In this document: positions 10,492-19,942 of the stretch, in pieces
Numbering within the stretch: the first letter of the stretch is position 1
Layout of the letters: the number at the start of each line of letters is the position of its first letter
NCBI GenBank assembly: GCA_947571655.1
Contig: CANOYR010000008.1
Location: 1,386-65,385 of the forward strand
Source of the DNA: an uncultured Bacillales bacterium
GTDB taxonomy: Bacteria; Bacillota_I; Bacilli_A; RF39; UBA660
Length of the DNA stretch: 64,000 nucleotides
Reading direction: 5' to 3'
The notes under the pieces: model-generated
Told to the model about the DNA's origin: nothing
Databases searched by the model: none
What the model saw: the letters and a program-made list of their open reading frames with translations, nothing else
Translations under genes and position numbers: made by a program

Positions 10492-10767
10492 TTAATTTCG
10501 TTGTTTTATAAATGTTTCTAAATCTTTTAATTCTAGTCTTTCTGATAGATTACCTACATATAAAGTTTTAGAGTAGCTAAATGCAAGAAAAGTAATTCCT
10601 TTAATAATAATTCTATGTGGCTCAACATAACTCAAATTCGTTTTAGTAATATTGCGAATATTACCATTAATAATAGTAGGTTTAGTATTACAAAAACTAC
10701 ATATAAATTCTATTTTCTTTTTTAACTCACTTTCAATTTTTAATTCTTTAGTAGTAATATTAATCAT
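10492..10767 (-). CDS. Hypothetical small protein
   Basis: 91-aa ORF inside the inverted-repeat-bounded cassette. No motif recognised. Confidence 0.25.
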   Translation of the reverse strand: MINITTKELKIESELKKKIEFICSFCNTKPTIINGNIRNITKTNLSYVEPHRIIIKGITFLAFSYSKTLYVGNLSERLELKDLETFIKQRN

Positions 10768-10789
10768 TTAAAATCCATTCTTTCATTTA

Positions 10790-10870
10790 AACACTAAAAA
10801 AGTACCAACTTCTTTTGAAATTGATACTTATGTATTTCAAGTCCTAAACTATAAAAGTTTGGATTATTTC
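10790..10870. repeat. Right arm of inverted repeat, ends 4 nt from tRNA-Cys 3' end
   Basis: Reverse-complement match to 8455..8534 (see left arm). Confidence 0.75.
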
Positions 10871-10874
10871 TCAA

Positions 10875-10948
10875 TGGAGGGCCTAGTCGGATTTGAACCA
10901 ACGATCAGGGAGTTGCAGTCCCACGCCTTACCACTTGGCTATAGACCC
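10875..10948 (-). tRNA. tRNA-Cys (GCA)
   Basis: Minus-strand read GGGTCTATAGCCAAGTGGTAAGGCGTGGGACTGCAACTCCC...GGTTCAAATCCGACTAGGCCCTCCA. 7-bp acceptor stem, anticodon loop CTGCAAC with U33-GCA-A37, T-loop GGTTCAAATCC, encoded CCA. Confidence 0.85.
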
Positions 10949-11173
10949 AGATAATTTATTATATGCTGTTTTCCTTTTTTTGTACATTTTTATTTTAGCT
11001 TATATTTTATGAATTGTCAATTCTTAAATCTTTTCGTATTCATTGAGATTTATTTTTATTGTTTCAATATAGTTAGTCAATGTGGCTTTCTGTTTTTATA
11101 TTGTGTTTATTAAAAGTATTTTCCTGACTCATAGAAAATTATTTTTTTTTCATACTAAGAATGGTGAAAGTAT

Positions 11174-12133
11174 ATGAAAATAAGACTTGGATATGTGGCG
11201 ATATCTTTAACACTTGATGAAATTGATCATTATCAAACGATTACTTGGACTAGATTTCAGCAATTAGGATTAAAAAAGGGGGAACAAAAACTTTCTAAAA
11301 TTATTGAACATAATCTTTACTTTTTAGAAAGAATTTTAAGATATAATATTCAAAATGATATATATTTTTATCGACTCAGTCATCATATGATTCCACTTTC
11401 AACACATCCTGAGTGTTCTTATGATTTTGTTACGCCTTATCAAAAAAAGTGGAGGCAAATTGGCAAATATATTGAAAAGAATCAGATTCGAGTGGATATT
11501 CATCCAAATCAATTTTGTGTGTTAAATAGTACGAATCCTAGTGTTATCAATCAAACAATAGAAGAACTTTTTTGTTGTTATAAGATTTATGAGGCTCTTG
11601 GTATTTCTGGAAAAGTGATTTTACATATTGGAAGTTCTATGCCAAGTAAACAAGAAGCATTAGAACGGTTTCGAATTGTTTTTTCTAAATTAGGAGAGGA
11701 AATTAAAAATATGATTCTTTTAGAAAATGATGATAAAATATATACAGTCAAAGATACCTTAGAATTATGTGAAGAGTTGGGAATTCCGATGGTTTTAGAT
11801 TATCACCATTATTTATGTAATCATGGGAAGGAAAAAATAGAGTTGTTATTGCCTCGAATTTTTGCGACGTGGAATAAAGAGAAACTTCCTCCTAAAGTTC
11901 ATTTTTCAACGCCTAAGAGTCGTAAAGAAAAGAGGAGTCATAGTACTTATTTATCTTTTCATGGATTTCAGAAATTTCTTGATGTCATTTACCCTTATGG
12001 AGAAAATCTTGATGTTATGTTAGAGTGTAAAGGAAAGGATGAGGCTTTGTTTCGATTGGTTCGACAGTTAAAGATGGATTCTAAATATGAATTTTTAAAT
12101 GATACTACGTTTTATTATAAAGGTAATATTTAA
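11174..12133 (+). CDS. uvsE: UV damage endonuclease UvdE/UvsE
   Basis: N-terminus MKIRLGYVAISL typical of the UVDE family. TIM-barrel-sized protein with a His-rich metal site (HH...H). Confidence 0.7.
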   Translation: MKIRLGYVAISLTLDEIDHYQTITWTRFQQLGLKKGEQKLSKIIEHNLYFLERILRYNIQNDIYFYRLSHHMIPLSTHPECSYDFVTPYQKKWRQIGKYIEKNQIRVDIHPNQFCVLNSTNPSVINQTIEELFCCYKIYEALGISGKVILHIGSSMPSKQEALERFRIVFSKLGEEIKNMILLENDDKIYTVKDTLELCEELGIPMVLDYHHYLCNHGKEKIELLLPRIFATWNKEKLPPKVHFSTPKSRKEKRSHSTYLSFHGFQKFLDVIYPYGENLDVMLECKGKDEALFRLVRQLKMDSKYEFLNDTTFYYKGNI

Positions 12134-12204
12134 TTGCTTTATATTTTTTCATAGAGAAAAAAGTATGAAAGATTATAAGAAACATTTAAAATTTAAAAAA
12201 TCTC

Positions 12205-12263
12205 TTGAAAAAAGATTTTATTCCCCCTATAATAAACATTGATAGTGATTGTAAATACAATCA
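12205..12263 (+). promoter_or_regulatory. Sigma-A-type promoter (TTGAAA-17-TATAAT) with overlapping 8-2-8 palindrome TGATTGTAaaTACAATCA, candidate Fur/PerR-family operator
   Basis: TTGAAA 12205-10 and TATAAT 12228-33. Perfect inverted repeat at 12246-63, flanked by direct ATTGATAG repeats, just upstream of the rubrerythrin RBS. Confidence 0.45.
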
Positions 12264-12287
12264 TTGATAGAAAGAAGGTAGTGAAAT

Positions 12288-12839
12288 ATGGATTATGGAA
12301 AATTAAAAGGTTCTAAGACAGAACAAAACTTAATGACTGCATTTGCGGGGGAAAGTCAAGCAAGAAATAAATATACTTATTTTGCATCAAAAGCAAAGAA
12401 GGATGGTTATGAGCAGATTGCTGCTATTTTTGAAGAAACTGCTAATAATGAAAAAGAGCATGCAAAATTATGGTTTAAATATTTAAATGGTGGAGAGATT
12501 CCTTCAACTGAGGAAAATTTAAAGGCTGCAGCTGAAGGTGAAAACTTCGAGTGGACAGATATGTATAAAGAATTTGCTGAGACAGCTAAGAAAGAAGGAT
12601 TTAACGAACTAGCTTACTTATTTGAAGCAGTTGGGAAAATCGAAAAAGAGCATGAAGAAAGATACTTAAGACTATTACAGAACTTGAAAGATGACAGGGT
12701 ATTCCATAAAGATGGGGATAAGATGTGGATTTGTAGAAACTGTGGTCATGTTTATATTGGAAAAGATGCATTAGATGTATGTCCAGTATGCAAGCATCCA
12801 CAAAGTTTTATGGAAGTAAAGTCTGAAAATTATATGTAA
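12288..12839 (+). CDS. rbr: Rubrerythrin (ferritin-like diiron domain plus C-terminal rubredoxin-like CxxC...CxxC)
   Basis: [22 protein letters not shown]...E..H pairs. C-terminal CRNCGHVY...CPVCKHP. Confidence 0.85.
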   Translation: MDYGKLKGSKTEQNLMTAFAGESQARNKYTYFASKAKKDGYEQIAAIFEETANNEKEHAKLWFKYLNGGEIPSTEENLKAAAEGENFEWTDMYKEFAETAKKEGFNELAYLFEAVGKIEKEHEERYLRLLQNLKDDRVFHKDGDKMWICRNCGHVYIGKDALDVCPVCKHPQSFMEVKSENYM

Positions 12840-12845
12840 TTTTTT

Positions 12846-12878
12846 AAATCTAGGTAAGAAATTATCTAGATTTTTTTT
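12846..12878 (+). terminator. Rho-independent terminator
   Basis: aaatctag / ctagattt 8-bp stem followed by T8 directly after the rbr stop. Confidence 0.55.
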
Positions 12879-13051
12879 GGAAAATAATTCCAAATAATTA
12901 AAAAAAATAGTTTTATAAAACCCAATAAATAGAAAGAAAAATAAAAGAATTTATGATTTTTCTCATATACTATTTATAAGTAGATCAGTCCAAGAGTATT
13001 TACAAAATAAAATGGATTTGGTATACTGAATATGTTCGAAAGAGAGGAATT

Positions 13052-13804
13052 ATGAAAAAGATTTATAATTATACTTTCAGAGCAGTATGTGTCTATCTTG
13101 TAATATTTATTGCATTTGTTTATGTATCGTCAGGATTTCATGTTGAAACTTTTGATCGAAATGTTTTAAATGCTAATATTACAAAAGAGTTGAACAGTGT
13201 ATTGATATCAGAAAAACAAGAACAAATTATTAGTGCAGTAGAAAAAGAACAGTCAGTTGAAGAAGTAGAAGAGAAAAGGGCAGTTTTAGAAGAGGAGGAG
13301 AAACAAGAATCAACGACTGGTTTAGAATTACAACCTGCACCTACGGTAGAGCCCGTAGAAATAGTTCCACCAGAAGGGGCTATAGAAACTTCCAAAGTGG
13401 AGGAATCTCAATACCAGAATACTCAAATAATAGATACTACAAATTTACCAGTAATCGCAACTACAAGTGGAAATGTCAGTCATTATGGACATGATTGTCG
13501 GGGATGTACTTCTGGAAAAACGGCAACAGGATACAACATTAGTGATGGTAGAATTTATTATACAGATTCTACTTATGGAAATGTACGTATTGTTGCTGCA
13601 GGAAGCGAATATCCGTTTGGAACCATTTTGCGATTATCTAACAGTTCAACTTCGCCCATTGTTGCGATTGTCTTAGATCGTGGTGGTGCGATTGGGAAAG
13701 GGAAGAAATTTATTTTAGACCTATTAACTGAAAGTAATGCTGCTGCTTATCAAGCAGGAGTGAAATATAATATGACAATTGAAGTCTTAAGAATGGGATA
13801 TTAA
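13052..13804 (+). CDS. Secreted 3D-domain (MltA-like) cell-wall protein with Glu-rich linker
   Basis: N-terminal TM/signal. C-terminal GHDCRGCTSGKTATG...GTILRL...VLDRGGAIGKG typical of the 3D domain. Confidence 0.55.
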   Translation: MKKIYNYTFRAVCVYLVIFIAFVYVSSGFHVETFDRNVLNANITKELNSVLISEKQEQIISAVEKEQSVEEVEEKRAVLEEEEKQESTTGLELQPAPTVEPVEIVPPEGAIETSKVEESQYQNTQIIDTTNLPVIATTSGNVSHYGHDCRGCTSGKTATGYNISDGRIYYTDSTYGNVRIVAAGSEYPFGTILRLSNSSTSPIVAIVLDRGGAIGKGKKFILDLLTESNAAAYQAGVKYNMTIEVLRMGY

Positions 13805-13917
13805 TCCTGTTCTTTTCTTTTTAAAAAACTTGAAACACTTGAAAAAAAATGATAATATATATCTAAATAATATGGTAGGTATTATAGAACTGTAGTGCTT
13901 AAAAATGTAAAAATTGG

Positions 13918-14982
13918 ATGGTGACGACTATGCGTAGAAAGCATACGAAACAGGAATTTATAATCATTATGATAGGCGCTTTATTTTTGACTTGTTGTTT
14001 TTTTAGTAGCAGTTATGCACTTAATAATTTTACTTCTAAGTCAGCGGAATACAATTATTTTGGTACTAGTAATCTAGAACTTAGTTATGTTGATCGAGGG
14101 AATGGAAATGGGGATGTTTTATCTCTGGTGGGGGCTTCTCCAAAAAAGGATCAGGAGGCACTTTTACAGGAAGGATATCGTTTTAGTGTTACCAATATTT
14201 CTAATGGTTCTTATAGATATCGAGTTCGGCTTGTAGAGGATGTCGCAATGATTGAAGAGGATGGATGTATCGATAAACAATTGTATGCTTCTTATGTTCG
14301 TTTTCAGTTTGATAATTTTCCTCCTAGAAGTTTAAAAGAAATTGAAGATACAGGTTATGTTTTATATGATAGTACTGAGAAGATATTGCCAGGAAATAGT
14401 GAAATACATGAACTTCGTATTTGGCTTTCTGAAGATATTCCTAAAGGTGTCAGTAGTCATTATCATGGGAAGATTGTTTTGGAAGAACTTTCTAAGGATC
14501 CCTATGTTTCTTATCAGCAAGGGGAGGAATTGATGATAGGGGAGAATTCTTATTTAGTTTTGGAAGATAGTTCTTCTCAAAATGCTTATTTAAAGCTTTT
14601 ATTAAATTCTTCGTTTTCTTATCTTTCTGTTGATTGTCAAAACAAAGAGTCTTGTGTTTTAGATTCCAAAGAAGAATTAAATCAAATCTTTTCACAATAT
14701 AGAGTGGAAGTTAAAGAACAGTTGGATAAGGATGTTGATTTGAATGTCCTTAGAATTCGATTATTAGATCATGAAGAATATAATCATTATCTTTCTGAAA
14801 TTCCAGATTTAAGAGTAGAACCTTTGTTATTTTATTCTTTAAGTCGTGGAAGAGAGGAAGTAACCAATGTGGATGGTCAAATGGGGGATTTAAAGATTGA
14901 TAGTCGAGTACAACCAGTGATTATTTTACATAAGGGGTTATTTAATCAAAAGGAGCAAGATTCTGTGATAGGAAATGATTGA
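13918..14982 (+). CDS. Hypothetical secreted protein
   Basis: Signal/TM at N-terminus. No family recognised. Confidence 0.3.
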   Translation: MVTTMRRKHTKQEFIIIMIGALFLTCCFFSSSYALNNFTSKSAEYNYFGTSNLELSYVDRGNGNGDVLSLVGASPKKDQEALLQEGYRFSVTNISNGSYRYRVRLVEDVAMIEEDGCIDKQLYASYVRFQFDNFPPRSLKEIEDTGYVLYDSTEKILPGNSEIHELRIWLSEDIPKGVSSHYHGKIVLEELSKDPYVSYQQGEELMIGENSYLVLEDSSSQNAYLKLLLNSSFSYLSVDCQNKESCVLDSKEELNQIFSQYRVEVKEQLDKDVDLNVLRIRLLDHEEYNHYLSEIPDLRVEPLLFYSLSRGREEVTNVDGQMGDLKIDSRVQPVIILHKGLFNQKEQDSVIGND

Positions 14983-15035
14983 TTTTAACTAGGTTTTATG
15001 TTATAATATGGTCCATATTGAAAGGGAGTAGCAAT

Positions 15036-16121
15036 ATGGAAAATGAGATGTCATTAGAAAAGCAATATAGAAATATTGTTAGAAAGTTTTTCTTTCGGCA
15101 AAATCCACCAATGCCTTTGACGAAAGAAGAGTATATAATAGAAAATCAATTGCAAGAAGAGTCAGATAAAGTAATTGATTGTCGTTATTATAGTTATTTT
15201 TACTCTTATAATTATCAGTATGTAAAAGAGTTGAATCAGAAGGTAGAAAAAGAAATTCGTGAGGGTGCGATGGAAGATGAGTATCTGGCTCAAATAGAGA
15301 ATGAATTATATTCAATGAAAAATTCAAAGAAGCATAAGATATTAAAACGAAAAAAAGAAGAAAAAGAAGTTGATTTAGAGGATATTTCTTTAGAAGAACC
15401 AAAGCAAAAGAAAAATGTTTTTAAAAAGTGGTGGGAAAAGACTTTAGAGAAATATGAAAAAAGAGAAACTATGGAAGAGAAAGAGGATTTAATAGAAGAA
15501 GATGATTTTTCTGTTTCATGGTCTATTAAGAAGAAACTACTCGCGATGTTTGCTTGTGGAACTATTTCATTGATTGGATATTTGGGAGGTTTGTATGGAC
15601 TTTTCAAGATGGTTCCTATTATTCCTGTTTTTGGTAGAAGTGGACTTTTGACTAGTTTAAAGGAAGTAGCGGTTCCTTTGCTTGCTTCTACTTGTTCTTT
15701 CGTTGTTGGAGTGATTGGTTGGCAAGGAATGTCAATCGTTAGAGAAGGCATTAATGAAGAATCGATCAATCAGAAAGAGGAGAAAATTGGTTGGTTCGAA
15801 TCTTTAAAAAATCGATTTTTAAAAGCGAAAGAAAAGAAGAAATCTTTTGAGGATGAGAAAGTGATACAAGAGGAAAAGGATTTAGAAGTTATTTCAGAAG
15901 AAATCACTCAAGAAAAAGAGTCTTCCGTTTTAGGTTTTGATACTTTTAAATTAAAGAAAAAGGGTTTACCTGGAACTCCTCAGTTTCTCCATGCTTCTTC
16001 TAAGGAAGAAAATCAGCAACAAAATTTTGTTGATTCTATTGCTGATGATTTGATTTCTGATGAGATGGAATTAGATTCTACGGATAATTTAGGATTTGTA
16101 AAAACTAAGAAAATTTCATAG
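15036..16121 (+). CDS. Hypothetical membrane protein with charged coiled N- and C-terminal regions
   Basis: GGGAG RBS before ATG 15036. Central pair of TM helices. E/K-rich flanks. Confidence 0.3.
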   Translation: MENEMSLEKQYRNIVRKFFFRQNPPMPLTKEEYIIENQLQEESDKVIDCRYYSYFYSYNYQYVKELNQKVEKEIREGAMEDEYLAQIENELYSMKNSKKHKILKRKKEEKEVDLEDISLEEPKQKKNVFKKWWEKTLEKYEKRETMEEKEDLIEEDDFSVSWSIKKKLLAMFACGTISLIGYLGGLYGLFKMVPIIPVFGRSGLLTSLKEVAVPLLASTCSFVVGVIGWQGMSIVREGINEESINQKEEKIGWFESLKNRFLKAKEKKKSFEDEKVIQEEKDLEVISEEITQEKESSVLGFDTFKLKKKGLPGTPQFLHASSKEENQQQNFVDSIADDLISDEMELDSTDNLGFVKTKKIS

Positions 16122-16172
16122 AGGGTTTTCAAAAACCTTCTTTTTTTTTATAATAGAACTGGTGATGGTAGA

Positions 16173-16712
16173 ATGGATTTTATAGATATTGTAAAAAGGC
16201 GAAGGAGTATTAGAAAATATCTTCCAATAGAAGTAAGAAAAGAAGATATAGAAAAAATAATTGATGCAGGTACTCTTGCCCCGTCAGCACATTTCAAAGA
16301 ACCATGGGAAGTCCTAGTAGTCAAAAAGGCAAAACAAGAAATTGCTCGTTTTATGAAGGAATATAGCGAACAAAAAAGTGAAGATATTAGTATTTTAAAA
16401 ACAGCTTCTACAATTGAAACTTGTGATACACTATTACTCATATATTGTAATAATTTTGAACAAGAAAAATATAATTTATTATCCATTGGAGCGATGATAG
16501 AAAATATGCTATTAGAAGCGACGAATCTTGGAATTGGTTCTTTATGGATTGGTAATATATTGCATGTAGAAGAACAAGTAAATGCCTATTTCCAAATAAA
16601 TTCTAAGGAAAAAAAGCTAATAAGTGCAGTAGCATTGGGGTATTCTGGCAAAGAACCAAAAGAATTAGTAAGAAAAAAAGGATCAGAAATAACGAAGTAT
16701 ATAGATTGTTAA
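16173..16712 (+). CDS. Nitroreductase-family flavoprotein
   Basis: N-terminal RRSIRKY motif of the NADH oxidase/nitroreductase fold. Confidence 0.65.
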   Translation: MDFIDIVKRRRSIRKYLPIEVRKEDIEKIIDAGTLAPSAHFKEPWEVLVVKKAKQEIARFMKEYSEQKSEDISILKTASTIETCDTLLLIYCNNFEQEKYNLLSIGAMIENMLLEATNLGIGSLWIGNILHVEEQVNAYFQINSKEKKLISAVALGYSGKEPKELVRKKGSEITKYIDC

Positions 16713-16738
16713 AGAATGTTTCATTTGTTAAGATAAGT

Positions 16739-16769
16739 AAAGTTTGGTCAATGTACTAAACTTTTTTTT
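16739..16769 (+). terminator. Rho-independent terminator
   Basis: aaagttt...aaacttt stem followed by T7. Confidence 0.45.
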
Positions 16770-16803
16770 ATTAGTTTGTTAAAATAATAAATGGAGGAAA
16801 ATT

Positions 16804-18945
16804 ATGAATCAAGATATAGTATTAGAAATTAGTAATCACTTAAATATCAAACCAAAACAGGTAGAAACAGTACTTAGTTTATTAAGTGAAGGAAACACCA
16901 TTCCATTTATTGCTAGGTATCGAAAAGAAGCAACAGGTGCTCTAGACGAAGAGATTATTCGTAGTATTAATGAAGTGTATGAATATCAAGTAAATTTGCT
17001 AAAAAGAAAAGAGGATGTCATCCGCTTAATTGATGAAAAAGGTCTTTTAACAGAGGAATTAAAAACTTCAATTATGGCTTGTGAAAAGTTAGTAGAGGTA
17101 GAAGACTTGTATCGCCCATATAAGGAAAAGAAAAAGACAAAGGCAACGGAAGCAATTAAGAATGGATTAGAGCCCCTTGCTAAGATGATAATGTCATTTC
17201 CAATAACGGGGAGTTTAACTGAGATGGCTAGTAAATATGTAACAGAAAATGTTTCGAGTGTAGAGGAGGCAATTCAAGGAGCTAAATACATTATCGCAGA
17301 ATGGATTAGTGATAATGCTTTTTATAGAAAAGCCCTAAGAAAATACCTTTATTTAAACGGTACCTTAGTATCTAAAAAGAAGAAAAATGCAGAGGATGAA
17401 AAGAAAGTCTATGAAATGTATTATGATTATTCTGAAGCAGTAAAAAGAGTAAAACCACATCGCATTTTAGCAACCAATCGTGGGGAAAAAGAGGGAGTTC
17501 TTAGTGTTGGTATTGATATTAATGATGAAGAATTACTGAACTATTTAGAGTCCAAAATTATTAAGAATAAAAACTCGTTTGTAGTAGATGAAATAAAAAA
17601 TGCAATTAAAGATAGCTATAAACGTTTAATTTTTCCGAGTCTTGAAAGAGAAATACGAGCAGAACTAAAGGAAACGGGAGAGGAAGTTGCAATCGATAAC
17701 TTTTCGAAAAATGTAGAGAGTTTACTTTTAACACCACCAATTAAAGAAAAAGTTGTCTTAGGATATGACCCAGCTTTTCGAACTGGGTGTAAGCTAGCAG
17801 TATTAGATCCAACGGGAAAAGTATTAGATATTCAAGTAATTTATCCAACAGAACCACATAACAAAATTGAAGAAAGTAAAAAAATCGTATTAGATCTAAT
17901 TGACAAGTATAAAATAGATGTAATTGCAATTGGAAATGGAACGGCATCTCGTGAGAGCGAAACATTTATTATAGACACAATTAAAGATGCGCCTAGAAAA
18001 GTAGAATATGTAATTGTAAGTGAGGCAGGTGCCTCTGTATATTCAGCAAGTCCTCTAGCAATTAAAGAGTTTCCTGATTTAACAGTTGAAAAAAGAAGTG
18101 CTATTTCGATTGGTAGAAGACTTCAAGATGCTTTATCAGAACTTGTAAAGATTGATCCAAAAAGTATTGGAGTAGGACTTTATCAACATGATATTCAAGG
18201 AAAGAAGTTAGATGATTCCCTAAACTTTGTAGTTACTAAAACTGTAAATCAAGTGGGGGTAAATATTAATACGGCTTCTCCATCTTTATTACAATATGTA
18301 TCTGGTCTTACCAAAAAGGCAATTGATACAATTGTTGAATATCGAGATCAACATGGAAAAATTACTTCTCGTAGTGAATTAAAGAGAGTGAAGGGGATTA
18401 GTGATAAGGTTTATGAACAGTCTGTTGGTTTTATGAGAATTATGGACGGAGACAATCCTCTAGATAAAACATCAATTCACCCTGAAAGCTATCTACAAAC
18501 AGAAGAATTGTTAAAGTCGATTGGATGTAGTAAGGAAGATATCGGTACTTCTAAATTACGGGAATGTCTAAGTAATTATAAGATTGAAAATACTACATTA
18601 GAAATAGATCAATATACTTTGCAAGATATTATTGATTCTCTAATGAAGCCAAACAGAGATCCAAGAGATGAAATGCCAAAACCAATTTTAAAATCAGATG
18701 TACTTCATATCGAGGACTTACACATTGGGGATCACCTTCAAGGAACTGTTCGAAATGTTGTTGACTTTGGTCTATTTATTGATATTGGTCTTCATAATGA
18801 TGGACTAGCCCATATCTCTAAATTAACAGATCAGTATATCAAGCACCCTTCAGAATTATTTAGTGTAGGGGATATTGTAGACTGCTATGTCGTTGATATT
18901 AAGAAGGAACAAGAAAAAGTTTCACTTAGTTTATTAGAAAGGTGA
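16804..18945 (+). CDS. tex: Transcription accessory protein Tex (YqgF/HhH/S1 domains)
   Basis: 713 aa. Conserved N-terminus IARYRKEATG and a C-terminal S1 domain. Confidence 0.85.
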   Translation: MNQDIVLEISNHLNIKPKQVETVLSLLSEGNTIPFIARYRKEATGALDEEIIRSINEVYEYQVNLLKRKEDVIRLIDEKGLLTEELKTSIMACEKLVEVEDLYRPYKEKKKTKATEAIKNGLEPLAKMIMSFPITGSLTEMASKYVTENVSSVEEAIQGAKYIIAEWISDNAFYRKALRKYLYLNGTLVSKKKKNAEDEKKVYEMYYDYSEAVKRVKPHRILATNRGEKEGVLSVGIDINDEELLNYLESKIIKNKNSFVVDEIKNAIKDSYKRLIFPSLEREIRAELKETGEEVAIDNFSKNVESLLLTPPIKEKVVLGYDPAFRTGCKLAVLDPTGKVLDIQVIYPTEPHNKIEESKKIVLDLIDKYKIDVIAIGNGTASRESETFIIDTIKDAPRKVEYVIVSEAGASVYSASPLAIKEFPDLTVEKRSAISIGRRLQDALSELVKIDPKSIGVGLYQHDIQGKKLDDSLNFVVTKTVNQVGVNINTASPSLLQYVSGLTKKAIDTIVEYRDQHGKITSRSELKRVKGISDKVYEQSVGFMRIMDGDNPLDKTSIHPESYLQTEELLKSIGCSKEDIGTSKLRECLSNYKIENTTLEIDQYTLQDIIDSLMKPNRDPRDEMPKPILKSDVLHIEDLHIGDHLQGTVRNVVDFGLFIDIGLHNDGLAHISKLTDQYIKHPSELFSVGDIVDCYVVDIKKEQEKVSLSLLER

Positions 18946-19065
18946 TTTATGGAAGATAGTACAAAACGAGAACAAGAATCAAAGAAAATAAAATTATAAG
19001 AAAGTCTTAACAGATTACAAACAGAATTAGATGGTTTAATTCATGCACAAAGGAGTACTTATGAT

Positions 19066-19560
19066 ATGGATAATGAAAGAGAACTTTCTGATAAAATACA
19101 TCAAACCTTCCATGAAATAGATAGAGTTTGTGGCGAAATACATTTGCTTGAAAATAACCCTATAGCATCGAATGAAAAATTGGATATATATTTAGAAGCT
19201 GGAAGTATAGAAGAAGAAAATGGTGAATTTGGGATTTATCTTCATGGAATTTCTACAAGGATTGGGTGTGTTTCTTTAAGAAGCAATTTTTATAAGTTAC
19301 TAGGTAATGTAGGATATGGATTAGATGAAGAATATCGAGGACACCGTTTTATGCTTCAAAGTTTAGAACTTTTAAGGAAAACGATGATTCAGATGAAAAT
19401 ATATAAGCCAATTATTACAGTCGAATCAGATAATGAACCATCGATTCATACGATCCAAAACTTTGGTGGTGTCTTGATTCAGCCACATGATGGTAAAGAG
19501 ATATGGTATGATACCTATGAAGTAGATTTAATGACTAATAAAACTTCAAAAAAGAAATAA
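19066..19560 (+). CDS. GNAT-family acetyltransferase-like protein
   Basis: GNVGYGLDEEYRGHRF resembles GNAT motif A. Weak. Confidence 0.3.
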   Translation: MDNERELSDKIHQTFHEIDRVCGEIHLLENNPIASNEKLDIYLEAGSIEEENGEFGIYLHGISTRIGCVSLRSNFYKLLGNVGYGLDEEYRGHRFMLQSLELLRKTMIQMKIYKPIITVESDNEPSIHTIQNFGGVLIQPHDGKEIWYDTYEVDLMTNKTSKKK

Positions 19561-19874
19561 ATTAAAAAAATGATGTGTGATTACAGAAAAGATATTTTGA
19601 CGATTGTCAAAGGGTGTCTTTTCTTTTTTTATGAGTGTAAATCGAACAAGAAAAAATTAAAAAAATTGAAAAAATCAAAAATTTAAAAATTGCTTTTTTT
19701 GAAAAAAGTAAGATTTTTAAAAAAGTCAAGAAAAAAATAAAAAACTTTTTTATTGTTATATTTCAAAGGTACTATAACGATTTCAAAGAAAAATATAAGA
19801 AAATAAAAAAAAGAAAAAAATTAAAATTAAGAAAAAGTCAAAATGTCAAATTTTAAAAAAATTAGAAAAAATAT

Positions 19875-19903
19875 TGACTGTCGATTTCTAAAAATACTAC
19901 AAT
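19875..19903 (+). promoter_or_regulatory. nrdD promoter TTGACT-17-TACAAT
   Basis: Hexamers at 19875-80 and 19898-903, ~40 nt before the RBS GGAGGA. Confidence 0.5.
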
Positions 19904-19942
19904 AGTCTTACAAGAAAGGTAAGTGTAGTGGAGGATGAAAAA

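Noticed and set aside
10950-11173. LexA/SOS box (CGAACnnnnGTTCG) upstream of uvdE
   Set aside because: No match in the 220-bp upstream region.
15079-16486. Minus-strand ORFs 15079-15402, 15290-15769 and 16148-16486 opposite real + strand genes
   Set aside because: They fully overlap well-supported + strand CDSs (membrane protein, nitroreductase). Ser/Phe-rich translations are typical of antisense frames in AT-rich DNA.
19561-19927. NrdR box upstream of nrdD
   Set aside because: Searched by eye for the 16-bp acaCwAtATaTwGtgt palindrome. Only weak partial matches were found, so it is not reported as a feature.
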